Source of the DNA: Terriglobales bacterium
GTDB taxonomy: Bacteria; Acidobacteriota; Terriglobia; Terriglobales; Acidobacteriaceae
Assembly: GCA_035624475.1 (NCBI GenBank)
Contig: DASPRL010000121.1
Coordinates: forward strand, 1 to 43,623
Length of the DNA stretch: 43,623 nt
Direction of reading: 5' to 3'
Made by a program: the position numbers and the translations under genes. The notes beneath the pieces are model-generated. The model was not told the origin of the DNA. It ran no database searches and was given only the letters and a program-made list of their open reading frames with translations. This document shows, one piece after another, positions 6,632 through 16,178 of the stretch (within the stretch, counting starts at the first letter, position 1; the number at the start of each line of letters is the position of its first letter).

Positions 6632-9136
6632 ATGAGGCTAAAGCATACGCTGGGGATTCTCTTACCGCTGCTCCTGCTGGGCTCGGCGGCAGCGGCTGCC
6701 GGTACGCACCTGACGAACGTGGGCGTGGTTCAGCAGAACGGCGCCACCATCGTCACCCTTTCCGCGTCCGGCGCCTTCACGCACACCGAGTATCGTCCCT
6801 CGGAGAACCTCCTGCTGGTGGATCTGGCGGGGGTTTCGGCCGACCAGCTGGACGGACAGGCGCGCACGCTGAACGCTCCGGGAGTGGTGTCGTACCGCAT
6901 CCTGGGCTATCGCGGCGCCACCGGCTCCGACGTGGCGCGGCTGGAGCTCACCCTGGCTCCCGGCACCGAAGTCCACCTGAGCGAGAGCGAGGGTGGCTTG
7001 GCGGTGCGCCTGCAGCCCACGGCGGCTGCCGCTACGGGTGTGCCCGCGGTGACCGCCACCCACGCCAAGCGCCCGGCGGCTCCAGTCTCCGCTCCCAGCG
7101 CGGACCCGGCCTCGGCCTCGGCGGCGGCGAAGACCATCACCATCCGCAAGCTGGCGATGGTCCGCGGCCAGAGCGGCATGGATCTCGAGATCACCGCCAC
7201 CGGCCCCCTGGCCCCCAGGGTCAGCAAGCTGACCGGGCCCGACCGCCTGGTGCTGGATGTCCCCAACGCCGTCCCTGCGGCCGCGCGCACCCTCCCCGTG
7301 CATAGCGACACGGTCAAGGACGTGCGCATGGCGCGCTTCCAGAGCAAGCCGCCGGTGACCCGCATCGTGGTGGACCTGGCCCACGCCCAGGACTATTCCC
7401 TGGTGCCGGAAGGCAATCGCCTGACCGTGCAACTGCACGCGCCAGGCAGCATTGCCAGTGAGCCGGCGAACAGCGCCCCGGCGACTGCGGCGGACGCGGT
7501 TCCTGCGGCCAGCGCCCCGGCGGCAGAAGCGGCACCGGCCAGCCCGCCGGCGCCCGCTGCCACGGAAGCGGCGGGGCCCGCTGCCCCGACGACCGCCGCG
7601 GCGGCAGCCACCGACAAGAAGGCCAGCGACTTCCTCTTTGTCGAACCCACCTTCCAGAACAAGGCGGAAGGCTCCGACAGCAAGCCCGCTCCGGTGGACC
7701 CGCCGGCGCGTGCGGTGGACGCTGCCGCCAAGTTCGCCACTCCGCAGCCGGAGATCCCGCTGAGCGCCAACGCCAGCATGAGTCCGCAGCCGGCCATGAA
7801 CCTGGCCCTGCAGCAGCAGACCCAGGCGGCGGCCGGCGGGACCACCCCGGCTGCCAAGCCCCGCTACACGGGGGAACCCATCTCCGTCAACCTGAAGGAC
7901 GTGGACATCAAGGACTTCTTCCGCCTGATCCACGACATCAGTGGGCTCAACGTGGTGCTGGATCCTGCGGTGCACGGCCAGCTCACCATCGTGCTCGACG
8001 ATGTGCCCTGGGACCAGGCCTTGGACATCGTGCTGCAGAACAACGGCCTTGACCGGCAGTTGGAGGGCAACGTTCTGCGCATCGCCACCGTCGACACCCT
8101 GCGCCGGGAAGCCGACGCCAAGCGCGCCCAGATCGAGGCCCAGCGCCTGGCCGTGGACACGGTCACGGTCACCCGCTTCCTCAGCTACGCCCATGCTGAG
8201 GACGTGGTGCCCACCATCAAGAAGTTCCTCTCCCAGCGCGGCGACCTGGTGGCCGACAAGCGCACCAACGCCCTCATCATCTCCGACATCCCCTCGGTCT
8301 TCCCGCAGGTGGATGCCCTGCTGGCCAAGCTGGACCGCAAGACCCAGGAGGTAGAGATCGAGGCCCGGGTGGTCGCCGCTACCCGCAGCTTCGCCCGCGA
8401 CATCGGCACCCAGTTGGGCTTCGGCTGGGGCAACGGGGTCAGCGCTGTGGGCGGCGCCAGTTCAGTCGGCTCCTCCCCCATCACCGTGACCGGGCTGAGT
8501 CCCTCCTACATCACGACCGGCGCGGGCGGCACGAGCGGCTCCTCCATCCCGCTGTTCAGCAACCTGCCCGCCGGCACCGGCACCAACCCGGCCACCAGCG
8601 GCCTCAGCTTCCTCAACGCCACCAACAACTACCGCCTGGACTTCATTCTCACCATGGCGGAGACGCGCGGCTTGCTGAAGATCCTGTCGCGGCCCCGCGT
8701 GGTCACCCAGAACAACATCCAGGCGGTGGTCAAGCAGGGCGTGCGCGTGCCCATCGTGACCGCGGCCCAGTTGGGCGGGCCGCCCACCGTCACCTACGTG
8801 GACGCCTTCCTGCGCCTTACGGTGACCCCGCAGATCACCGCGGAGAACACCATCTTCCTGAACGTGGACGTGGAAAACACCACCCCCGACTTCAGCCGCA
8901 CGATTTCGGGCAACCCCACCTTGGTGACCCAGCAGGCGACCACGCAGGTGCTGATCACCGACGGTGGTACGGTGGTGATCGGCGGCGTGATTCAGACCCA
9001 GAACTCGGTCAACATCAGCCAGGTGCCGCTGCTGGGCAACATCCCGGTCTTCGGCAACGTCTTCAAGCGGCGCACGGTCACTACCTCGACCCAGGAGCTG
9101 ATCTTCTTCATCACCCCGAAGATCATCCAGACCTAG
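6632..9136 (+). CDS. pilQ: Type IV pilus secretin PilQ with two N-terminal AMIN domains
   Basis: ATG 6632 is preceded by GAGGAGAG; GTG 6617 is an alternative start. It has a signal peptide and two AMIN-like modules (LTNVGVVQQNGATIVTLSASG...LLLVDLAGV and IRKLAMVRGQSGMDLEITATG...RLVLDVPNAV...VTRIVVDL). An Ala/Pro-rich linker is followed by secretin N-domains and a secretin C-domain (LLKILSRPRVVTQNN...VPLLGNIPVFGNVFK...ELIFFITPKII). Confidence 0.95.
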   Translation: MRLKHTLGILLPLLLLGSAAAAAGTHLTNVGVVQQNGATIVTLSASGAFTHTEYRPSENLLLVDLAGVSADQLDGQARTLNAPGVVSYRILGYRGATGSDVARLELTLAPGTEVHLSESEGGLAVRLQPTAAAATGVPAVTATHAKRPAAPVSAPSADPASASAAAKTITIRKLAMVRGQSGMDLEITATGPLAPRVSKLTGPDRLVLDVPNAVPAAARTLPVHSDTVKDVRMARFQSKPPVTRIVVDLAHAQDYSLVPEGNRLTVQLHAPGSIASEPANSAPATAADAVPAASAPAAEAAPASPPAPAATEAAGPAAPTTAAAAATDKKASDFLFVEPTFQNKAEGSDSKPAPVDPPARAVDAAAKFATPQPEIPLSANASMSPQPAMNLALQQQTQAAAGGTTPAAKPRYTGEPISVNLKDVDIKDFFRLIHDISGLNVVLDPAVHGQLTIVLDDVPWDQALDIVLQNNGLDRQLEGNVLRIATVDTLRREADAKRAQIEAQRLAVDTVTVTRFLSYAHAEDVVPTIKKFLSQRGDLVADKRTNALIISDIPSVFPQVDALLAKLDRKTQEVEIEARVVAATRSFARDIGTQLGFGWGNGVSAVGGASSVGSSPITVTGLSPSYITTGAGGTSGSSIPLFSNLPAGTGTNPATSGLSFLNATNNYRLDFILTMAETRGLLKILSRPRVVTQNNIQAVVKQGVRVPIVTAAQLGGPPTVTYVDAFLRLTVTPQITAENTIFLNVDVENTTPDFSRTISGNPTLVTQQATTQVLITDGGTVVIGGVIQTQNSVNISQVPLLGNIPVFGNVFKRRTVTTSTQELIFFITPKIIQT

Positions 9137-9163
9137 GCGGGGCGCCCGCGCCCTTCCCCTCCA

Positions 9164-9196
9164 CCCCGCGGGGAATCACCCCCGCGGGGTTTTCTT
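9164..9196 (+). terminator. Rho-independent terminator after pilQ
   Basis: CCCCGCGGGG (9164-9173) pairs with CCCCGCGGGG (9180-9189) across the loop AATCAC, followed by TTTTCTT. Confidence 0.8.
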
Positions 9197-9213
9197 GTCT
9201 ACACTAGGAGGCC

Positions 9214-10302
9214 ATGGACTACCCACGCCGCCAGGCTGCGCTCCGCCACGCCATGCAGCTCTGCCGTACCTCGGGGCTGCTGGTCACGCATCTGGCCAAC
9301 ATTCGCTACCTGTGCGGCTTCACCGGCAGCGCCGGCGTCCTCGCCTGCAAGCGGGAGCACTCCCCTGGGGGAGGCAAACTGGCCTTCTTCACCGATGGCC
9401 GCTACGCCGAGCAAGCCCGCGAAGAGGTCCAGGGCGTACGCGTCTGCATCGCCAAGGGCTCGGCCCTGGCGGCGGCCATGTCGTGGCTGGACGGGGTGAG
9501 TCCCATCGGCGTCGAGGCCGAGCACATGAGCCTCGCCCAGCGCGAGGCGGCGGCCGCCGGCAAGCGCCCGCGCTCGCGCCTCAAGCCGCTCGCCGGCTTC
9601 GTGGAGCGTCTGCGCATGGTCAAGGAGGAGGAAGAGGTGGAGCAGATCGAGGCGGCGGTGGTGCTGGCCTCCAGCCTGTTCGAGGGCCTGCTCCCCTCCA
9701 TCCTTCCCGGGGTGGCCGAGTCCCGGGTGGCGGCCGAGCTGGAGTACGCCGCGCGGCGCGCCGGCGCCCAGGGGATGTCCTTTGAGACCATCCTGGCGGC
9801 GGGCGCGCGCTCCTCCCTCCCCCACGGCCGGGCTTCCTCGCAACCTATTCCAAACAAGGGATTTGTCGTCCTCGACTTCGGTGTTATACTTTCCGGCTAT
9901 TGTTCAGATATGACCCGCACTCTGTACCTGGGCAAGCCCACGCCGCGGGCCCTGGGGATGTACGAGGCGGTGCGGGAGGCGCAGCAGGCTGCTGTGCAAG
10001 AGGTACGGCCAGGGGTCCTGGCGGGGCAGGTGGATGCGGCCGCCCGCCGGGTGCTGCAGCGCTCCGGCTGGGGCAGATACTTCACCCATTCCACCGGGCA
10101 CGGGGTGGGGCTGGAGATCCACGAGCCGCCGCGCCTGGGGAGGGGCGAGAAAGAGCCGCTCCAGGCCGGCATGGTGATCACGGTGGAGCCCGGCGTCTAT
10201 GTCCCCGGCGAGGGTGGGGTTCGCATTGAGGATATGGTGGCGGTCACCACCGAGGGCTGCCGGGTGCTGACCCCGACCACCAAGGAACTGATTACGCTGT
10301 AG
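9214..10302 (+). CDS. M24-family Xaa-Pro aminopeptidase
   Basis: It has a creatinase-like N-domain plus the pita-bread metal ligand context: [42 protein letters not shown] and VRIEDMV. Confidence 0.9.
   Translation: MDYPRRQAALRHAMQLCRTSGLLVTHLANIRYLCGFTGSAGVLACKREHSPGGGKLAFFTDGRYAEQAREEVQGVRVCIAKGSALAAAMSWLDGVSPIGVEAEHMSLAQREAAAAGKRPRSRLKPLAGFVERLRMVKEEEEVEQIEAAVVLASSLFEGLLPSILPGVAESRVAAELEYAARRAGAQGMSFETILAAGARSSLPHGRASSQPIPNKGFVVLDFGVILSGYCSDMTRTLYLGKPTPRALGMYEAVREAQQAAVQEVRPGVLAGQVDAAARRVLQRSGWGRYFTHSTGHGVGLEIHEPPRLGRGEKEPLQAGMVITVEPGVYVPGEGGVRIEDMVAVTTEGCRVLTPTTKELITL
9863..9890 (+). promoter_or_regulatory. Candidate internal sigma70 promoter (extended -10) inside the aminopeptidase gene, facing accBC
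   Basis: TTGTCG (9863-9868), a 16-nt spacer, then TGtTATACT (TG 9882-9883, hexamer 9885-9890). It is embedded in a roughly 75-nt low-GC, rare-codon patch of an otherwise GC3-rich gene. Confidence 0.35.
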
Positions 10303-10339
10303 GCGCGTCATACCCAGGGCTTCCGCCACATACCCGACA

Positions 10340-10831
10340 ATGAACCAAAAAGAGCTGAAAGAACTCATCGAGTTTCTCATCGAGAAAGACATCGCCGAGT
10401 TCGAGCTGGAACGCGGCGACGTCAAGGTGCGCATCAAGCGCGGCGCGGCGGAGCAGCCCGAGCCCCGCTACGTCCACCTGCCGGCGGTGCCCGCCGTCCC
10501 CGCGCCCGAGTTCCATCCCGTGGCCGCGGCGCTCACTTCCGCGGCCGCTCCCGCGCCGGCCGCAGCCAAGGCGGCGGAGGAAGACGGCCTGCACATGATC
10601 AACTCCCCCATCGTGGGCACCTTCTACGAGGCCCCCTCGCCGGGGGCGCCCCCCTTCGTCAAGGCCGGGGACGCGGTCGACGCCGGGCAGGTGCTGTGTA
10701 TCATCGAAGCCATGAAGCTGATGAACGAGATCGAGTCCGACATCGCCGGCGAGATCGTCAAGAAGCTGGTGAGCAACGGGCAGCCGGTGGAGTACGGCCA
10801 GCCCCTGTTCGCCATCCGGCCGCGTGCCTGA
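10340..10831 (+). CDS. accB: Acetyl-CoA carboxylase biotin carboxyl carrier protein
   Basis: It has the biotinyl-lysine motif ([13 protein letters not shown]), an Ala/Pro linker and the typical BCCP C-terminal domain. It lies directly upstream of accC. Confidence 0.95.
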   Translation: MNQKELKELIEFLIEKDIAEFELERGDVKVRIKRGAAEQPEPRYVHLPAVPAVPAPEFHPVAAALTSAAAPAPAAAKAAEEDGLHMINSPIVGTFYEAPSPGAPPFVKAGDAVDAGQVLCIIEAMKLMNEIESDIAGEIVKKLVSNGQPVEYGQPLFAIRPRA

Positions 10832-10853
10832 GGAGTCCGCGCGGCAGCCTCCT

Positions 10854-12218
10854 ATGTTCAAGAAGATCCTCATCGCGAACCGCGGCGAGATCGCCCTGCG
10901 CGTGATCTGCGCCTGCAAGGAGTTGGGCATCAAGACGGTGGCCATCTACAGCGAGGCCGACCGCCACAGCCTGCACGTGCGGTTCGCTGACGAGGCCATC
11001 TGCATCGGCCCGCCCCGGCTGGCCGAGAGCTACCTCAACATCCCCGCCGTCATCAGCGCCGCCGAGATCGCCAACGTGGAGGCCATCCATCCCGGCTACG
11101 GCCTGCTCAGCGAGAACGCCAACTTCGCTGAGGTCTGCGAGACCTGCCACATCAAGTTCATCGGCCCGCCTCCGTCGGTGACCCGCCTGATGGGCGAGAA
11201 GGAGAAGGCGCGCGTGGCCATGAAACAGAGCGGCGTGCCCATCCTGCCCGGCTCCGAGGGGGTGCTGCAGAACGAGAGCGAGGCCCTGGAGTGGGCCCGG
11301 CAGATCGGCTTTCCGGTGATCGTGAAGGCCTCGGCGGGAGGCGGGGGGCGCGGCATGCGCGTCATCCGCTCCCAGGGGGAACTTACCAACCTCTTCCTGG
11401 CCGCGCAGTCGGAGGCCGCGGCCGCCTTCGGCAACGGCGACCTCTACATGGAGAAGTTCATCGAGCGCCCCCGGCACATCGAATTCCAGGTGCTGGCCGA
11501 CGCCCACGGCCACGTGGTCAGCCTGGGAGAGCGCGAGTGCTCCATCCAGCGCCGCCACCAGAAGCTGCTGGAGGAGTCGCCCTCGGTGGCGGTCACCCCG
11601 GAATTGCGCCGCGAGATCGGCGAGAAGCTGGAGGCCACCCTGGCCCGCATCGGCTACGTCAACGCCGGCACCGTCGAGTTCCTCATGGACGAAGAGCGCA
11701 AGCTCCACTTCATCGAGATGAACACCCGCATCCAGGTGGAGCATCCCGTCACCGAGATGGTCACCGGCATCGACCTGGTCAAGTCGCAGGTGCTGCTCGC
11801 GGCGGGAGAGAAGCTGGCGGCGGTGCTGCCCGGGAAGATCGAGCATCGCGGCCATGCCCTGGAGTGCCGCATCAACGCCGAGCACCCCGAGAAGTTCACT
11901 CCCTCGGCGGGTAAGATCTCGGCCTTCCACGTTCCCGGAGGCACCGGAGTGCGGGTGGATACCGCCGCCTACGCCGAAGGCGTCATCCCGCCCTACTACG
12001 ACTCCCTCATCGCCAAGCTGATCACCCACGGCAAGGACCGCGAGGAAGCGGTCTCGCGCATGGCCCGCGCCCTGGGGATGTTCATCGTGGAGGGCATCTA
12101 CACCAGCATCCCCCTGCATCAGCGCATCATGGCCGACGCCGACTTCCGCGCCGGCCGCCTCGACACCAAGTTCATGGAGCGCTTCCTGCAGCCCGCGCCC
12201 GAGGCGGTGCCGCGGTGA
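10854..12218 (+). CDS. accC: Acetyl-CoA carboxylase biotin carboxylase subunit
   Basis: [18 protein letters not shown] is the canonical AccC N-terminus, and ATP-grasp motifs are present throughout ([24 protein letters not shown]). ATG 10854 is preferred over the track start at 10824. Confidence 0.95.
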   Translation: MFKKILIANRGEIALRVICACKELGIKTVAIYSEADRHSLHVRFADEAICIGPPRLAESYLNIPAVISAAEIANVEAIHPGYGLLSENANFAEVCETCHIKFIGPPPSVTRLMGEKEKARVAMKQSGVPILPGSEGVLQNESEALEWARQIGFPVIVKASAGGGGRGMRVIRSQGELTNLFLAAQSEAAAAFGNGDLYMEKFIERPRHIEFQVLADAHGHVVSLGERECSIQRRHQKLLEESPSVAVTPELRREIGEKLEATLARIGYVNAGTVEFLMDEERKLHFIEMNTRIQVEHPVTEMVTGIDLVKSQVLLAAGEKLAAVLPGKIEHRGHALECRINAEHPEKFTPSAGKISAFHVPGGTGVRVDTAAYAEGVIPPYYDSLIAKLITHGKDREEAVSRMARALGMFIVEGIYTSIPLHQRIMADADFRAGRLDTKFMERFLQPAPEAVPR

Positions 12219-12889
12219 GCGCCCCCTCGCCTCGCGAGACACAACTGGCGGCTACCGGACTGCTGCCCCGTCTCTACGCCATCGTGGATGCCTCCGCCTT
12301 CGCGGAAGAGAAGGATGAAGCCCGGCAAGCGGCCCGCCTTCTCAGCTTCGCCCAGGAATTGCTGGCGGCCGGAGCTACGCTGCTGCAGTATCGCAACAAG
12401 ACCGGGAATGCGCGGCGTGTGCTGGACGGCGCCCGCGCCTTGCGCCGCCTCAGCGAAGGCAAGGCCCGCCTCCTCCTCAACGACCGCGCCGACCTCTGCC
12501 TGGCGGCGGGGTGCGACGGCGTCCATCTCGGCCAGGACGACCTGTCGGCGGAGGGCGCCCGCCGTATCCTCGGAGATCGGCTCTGGGTGGGCGTTTCCGC
12601 GCATTCGGTTGAGCAGGTGAAAGAGGCGGACCGTACCCCGGTGGACTATATCGCCGTCGGGCCCGTTTTCGCCACCGCCAGCAAGGAGCGGCCCGACCCG
12701 GTGATCGGGCTGGAGGGCGTGCGCTCCGCCCGCAGCGCCACCGGCAAGCCGCTGGTGGCCATCGGGGGCATCACCCGCGCCAACTGCCGCTCTGTGATCG
12801 AGGCGGGCGCGGATTCGGTGGCCGTCATCGCCGACCTGCGGGCGGAGCCCCGCCGGGCGGTGGAGGAATTTCTCCGCATCTTGCGGTGA
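12215..12889 (+). CDS. thiE: Thiamine-phosphate synthase
   Basis: [51 protein letters not shown] and LVAIGGI are ThiE/TMP-TENI hallmarks. The GTG start overlaps the accC stop (GTGA). Confidence 0.9.
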   Translation: MSAPSPRETQLAATGLLPRLYAIVDASAFAEEKDEARQAARLLSFAQELLAAGATLLQYRNKTGNARRVLDGARALRRLSEGKARLLLNDRADLCLAAGCDGVHLGQDDLSAEGARRILGDRLWVGVSAHSVEQVKEADRTPVDYIAVGPVFATASKERPDPVIGLEGVRSARSATGKPLVAIGGITRANCRSVIEAGADSVAVIADLRAEPRRAVEEFLRILR

Positions 12890-12929
12890 TGCGCCTGCCG
12901 CAGGCTGCATCTGAAGCAGGAGGAGGTTC

Positions 12930-14489
12930 GTGAGCACCGACGTCCAAGCCGTGCGCGCCGCCGTTCCCGAGCAGGAGCTGGTCAAAGGCCTGGGCCTGAC
13001 CAGCGCCACCACCCTGGTCATGGGATCCATGATCGGGTCGGGGATCTTCATCGTCTCCGCCGAGATCGCCCGCGAGGTGAGCTCGCCGGCCCTGCTGCTG
13101 GCCGCCTGGCTGGTCACCGGCTTCATGACCATCACCGGCGCCCTGGCCTATGGTGAGCTGGCCGCCATGATGCCCCGCGCCGGCGGCCAATACGTCTTCC
13201 TGCGCGAGTCGCTGGGACCGCTCTGGGGCTTCCTCTACGGCTGGACTTTCTTCCTGGTCATCCAGACCGGCACCATCGCCGCCGTGGGGGTCGCCTTCGG
13301 CAAGTTCCTGGGTTACTTCTTTCCCTCCGTCTCCTCGAGCAACTGGATCCTGCACTTCTGGAAGGCGCCCGCCATCCACATCGGCCCCATGGTGCTGGGC
13401 AACATGGACGTCGGGCTCAATACCCAGAACCTGGTCGCCATCCTGATGGTGGTCTTTCTTTCGGTGTTGAATATCTTCGGGATCAGGCTGGGGGCGCTGG
13501 TGCAGAACATCTTCACCATCGCCAAGGCGGCGGCGCTCCTCGGTCTGGTGGCGGTGGGCTTCGCCATCGGGCGCAACCCCCAGGCCATGGCCGCCAACTT
13601 CTCCGACTTCTGGCACAACGCCGGCCTGGGCGCCCGTCACCTGCTGCAGGTGGGCAGCGGCGGCCCCATCGTGCTGGTGGGCACCATCGCCATCGTGGCG
13701 GTGGCGCAGACGGGCTCGCTGTTCTCCGCCGACGCCTGGAACAACGTCACCTTCACCGCCGCCGAGGTGCGCAATCCCAGGCGCAATCTGCCCCTGGCCC
13801 TGGCCCTGGGCACCGGCATCGTCATCGCCCTCTATGTGCTGACCAACGTCGTGTACCTGTACGTTCTGCCCCTGGCGGGCGATCCTAACGGGGCCACCGT
13901 ACTGGCCCGCGGCATCCAGTACGCCGCCGAGGACCGCGTGGGCACCGCCGCTATGCAGCAGATGTTCGGCTCCGCCGGCGGCGCCCTCATGGCGGTGGCG
14001 ATCCTCATCTCCACCTTCGGCTGCAACAACGGGCTGATCCTGGCGGGGGCGCGCGTCTACTACGCCATGGCCAAGGACGGCCTTTTCTTCCTGCGCGCGG
14101 TGGGCAAGGTCCATCCCCGCTACCACACCCCGGTGGTCTCGCTCATGGTGCAGATGGTGTGGACCTGCGTGCTCTGCCTCTCCGGCAGCTACGGCCAGTT
14201 GCTCGACTACATCATCTTCGCGGTGCTGGTCTTTTACATCCTGACCATCGCCGGCCTGTTCGTGCTGCGGCGCACGCATCCGCAGGCCGAGCGCCCGTAC
14301 AAGGCCTTCGGTTACCCCTTGCTGCCGGGGGTTTATATCCTGATGGCCCTCTACATCGATTTAGTATTATTGCGCTTCAAACCCCAGTACACTTGGCCGG
14401 GCTTGATCATTGTGCTGCTCGGCATCCCGGTTTATTTTGTTTGGACCCGGTGGGCAGGGAAGGGGAGCGCGCCTGCCGCGGCGGACTGA
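12930..14489 (+). CDS. APC-superfamily amino acid permease
   Basis: There are about 12 predicted TM segments and the APC signature near the N-terminus (LVMGSMIGSGIFIVSAEIA). GTG 12930 is preceded by GGAGGAGG. Confidence 0.9.
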   Translation: MSTDVQAVRAAVPEQELVKGLGLTSATTLVMGSMIGSGIFIVSAEIAREVSSPALLLAAWLVTGFMTITGALAYGELAAMMPRAGGQYVFLRESLGPLWGFLYGWTFFLVIQTGTIAAVGVAFGKFLGYFFPSVSSSNWILHFWKAPAIHIGPMVLGNMDVGLNTQNLVAILMVVFLSVLNIFGIRLGALVQNIFTIAKAAALLGLVAVGFAIGRNPQAMAANFSDFWHNAGLGARHLLQVGSGGPIVLVGTIAIVAVAQTGSLFSADAWNNVTFTAAEVRNPRRNLPLALALGTGIVIALYVLTNVVYLYVLPLAGDPNGATVLARGIQYAAEDRVGTAAMQQMFGSAGGALMAVAILISTFGCNNGLILAGARVYYAMAKDGLFFLRAVGKVHPRYHTPVVSLMVQMVWTCVLCLSGSYGQLLDYIIFAVLVFYILTIAGLFVLRRTHPQAERPYKAFGYPLLPGVYILMALYIDLVLLRFKPQYTWPGLIIVLLGIPVYFVWTRWAGKGSAPAAAD

Positions 14490-14514
14490 AACTCACTGCA
14501 CTGAAACTCACTGC
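14485..14514. repeat. Perfect 15-bp tandem duplication (ACTGAAACTCACTGC x2) between the two permease genes
   Basis: 14485-14499 is identical to 14500-14514. The first unit contains the upstream TGA stop (14487-14489), and the second unit ends directly at the GAGGAG Shine-Dalgarno of the next gene. Confidence 0.95.
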
Positions 14515-14525
14515 GAGGAGACCGG

Positions 14526-16085
14526 ATGGCTAACCTGCTGGCAACCAAACCGTTGGACATGCTCATGGCCGAGGCCAAGGACTCGGGCGAACACAGTCTG
14601 AAACGCGCCCTGGGACCCATCAACCTGGTCACCCTGGGCATCGGCGCCATCATCGGTGCGGGCATCTTTGTGCTCACCGGCCAGGCCGCGGCGCAGTATG
14701 CCGGACCCGCCATCGTCCTCTCCTACGTGCTGGCGGGCCTGGGCTGCGCCTTCGCCGGCCTCTGCTATGCCGAGTTCGCCTCGCTCATCCCCATCGCCGG
14801 CTCCGCCTACACCTACGGCTACGCCACCCTGGGCGAGATCTTCGCCTGGATCATCGGCTGGGACCTGATCCTGGAATACGCCTTCGGCGCGGCCACCGTG
14901 GCCTCCGGCTGGAGTTCCACCCTGGTGGCCTTCCTCCAGGACTACGGCATCAACCTGCCGCCGCAGATCTGCGACGTCCCCGGCGCCAAGTGGTCCATGG
15001 TGGACGGCCGCTGGGGGCCGGACACCACCTTCACCATGGACCAGCTGGCCCGCGCCACCCAGCACGCCAGCACAACCTTCAACCTGGTCGCCTTCCTGGC
15101 CATCATCGCGGTGACCATCCTGCTCATCGTCGGCATCCGCGAATCGGCCAACTTCAACACCACCGTCGTCTTCATCAAGCTGATCGCGGTGGTGACCTTC
15201 ATCGTGGTGGCCGGCGCCTTCGTCATCAAGCATCCCGAGGTCGCGCATCCCAACTGGGCCACTTTCATGCCGGCGAACGCTGGGCGCTTTGGAGCTTTCG
15301 GCTGGTCGGGAGTCTTGCGCGCTGCGGGAGTGGTCTTCTTCGCCTATATCGGCTTCGACGCCGTCTCCACCGCCGCGCAGGAAGCCAAGAACCCGCAGAA
15401 AGACATGCCCGTCGGCATCCTGGGCTCGCTGCTGATCTGCACCGTCCTGTACCTCCTGGTATCCGGCATCCTCACCGCGACCGTGCATTACACGCGCCTC
15501 AACATCGGCGCCCCGGTATCGCTGGCCATCCGCGAGACCGGCATCAAGTGGGGCAGCTATGTGGTCAACGCTGGGGCGCTGGCCGGGCTGAGCACGGTGA
15601 TGCTGGTCATGCTGCTGGGCCAGTCGCGCGTCTTCTATTCCATGGCCCACGACGGCCTGCTGTGGAAGTGGGCGGGCGAGGTCCATCCCAAGTTCCGCAC
15701 TCCCTGGAAGTCCACCGCCATCACCGGGGTGTGCGTGGCCACCATCGGTTCGCTGGTGCCCATCGGCTCGCTGGGGCAGATGGTCTCCATCGGGACATTG
15801 ATGGCCTTCGTCATCGTCTGTGCCGGGGTGTGGGTGATGCGCGTCAAGCGCCCCGATCTGAAGCGGCCCTTCAAGACCCCCTGGGTGCCCTTCGTCCCCA
15901 TCATGGGCATCGCCATCTCCCTGGCCATGATGCTGGGCCTGAACGGAATCACCTGGCTGCGCCTCCTGATCTGGCTGATCATCGGGATGACCATCTACTT
16001 CACCTACGGCGCCCGGCACAGCCGGGTACAGGCCATGAAGAGGGGCGCGCCCGCCGGTGACCAGGCCCCCGCCCAGGCCGACTAG
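14526..16085 (+). CDS. APC-superfamily amino acid permease (cationic amino acid transporter-like)
   Basis: It has multiple TM segments, the N-terminal motif LVTLGIGAIIGAGIFVLTGQAA and the CAT-type architecture. GAGGAG lies 5 nt upstream of ATG 14526. Confidence 0.9.
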   Translation: MANLLATKPLDMLMAEAKDSGEHSLKRALGPINLVTLGIGAIIGAGIFVLTGQAAAQYAGPAIVLSYVLAGLGCAFAGLCYAEFASLIPIAGSAYTYGYATLGEIFAWIIGWDLILEYAFGAATVASGWSSTLVAFLQDYGINLPPQICDVPGAKWSMVDGRWGPDTTFTMDQLARATQHASTTFNLVAFLAIIAVTILLIVGIRESANFNTTVVFIKLIAVVTFIVVAGAFVIKHPEVAHPNWATFMPANAGRFGAFGWSGVLRAAGVVFFAYIGFDAVSTAAQEAKNPQKDMPVGILGSLLICTVLYLLVSGILTATVHYTRLNIGAPVSLAIRETGIKWGSYVVNAGALAGLSTVMLVMLLGQSRVFYSMAHDGLLWKWAGEVHPKFRTPWKSTAITGVCVATIGSLVPIGSLGQMVSIGTLMAFVIVCAGVWVMRVKRPDLKRPFKTPWVPFVPIMGIAISLAMMLGLNGITWLRLLIWLIIGMTIYFTYGARHSRVQAMKRGAPAGDQAPAQAD

Positions 16086-16101
16086 CGGCTCCTGGCGTTT
16101 C

Positions 16102-16138
16102 CGGCCCTCCGCCTGCGCTGGAGGGCCGTTTTCTTTTT
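16102..16138 (+). terminator. Rho-independent terminator after second permease
   Basis: CGGCCCTCC (16102-16110) pairs with GGAGGGCCG (16120-16128) across a 9-nt loop, followed by TTTTCTTTTT (16129-16138). Confidence 0.8.
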
Positions 16139-16142
16139 CCGC

Positions 16143-16170
16143 TTGAAACTTGAAACTTGAAACCTGAAAC
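16143..16170. repeat. Heptamer tandem array TTGAAAC x3 + CTGAAAC
   Basis: Units lie at 16143-49, 16150-56, 16157-63 and 16164-70. The last unit plus flank (CTGAAACTCGCTGG) resembles the 14485 repeat unit (CTGAAACTCACTGC). The array ends 8 nt before the GTG 16179 start. Confidence 0.95.
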
Positions 16171-16178
16171 TCGCTGGT

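Noticed and set aside
6662-8194. 510-aa minus-strand ORF and several 100-240-aa ORFs overlapping pilQ
   Set aside because: These are Arg/Gly/Ala-rich junk translations. PilQ on the plus strand explains the region fully.
12100-12220. TPP riboswitch expected upstream of thiE
   Set aside because: The thiE start overlaps the accC stop, so there is no leader in which a riboswitch could reside.
14485-16170. Short tandem repeats considered as a CRISPR array or minisatellite-type mobile element
   Set aside because: The units are 7-15 bp, directly abutting with no spacers, and there are only 2-4 copies. No cas genes, leader or terminal inverted repeats are present.
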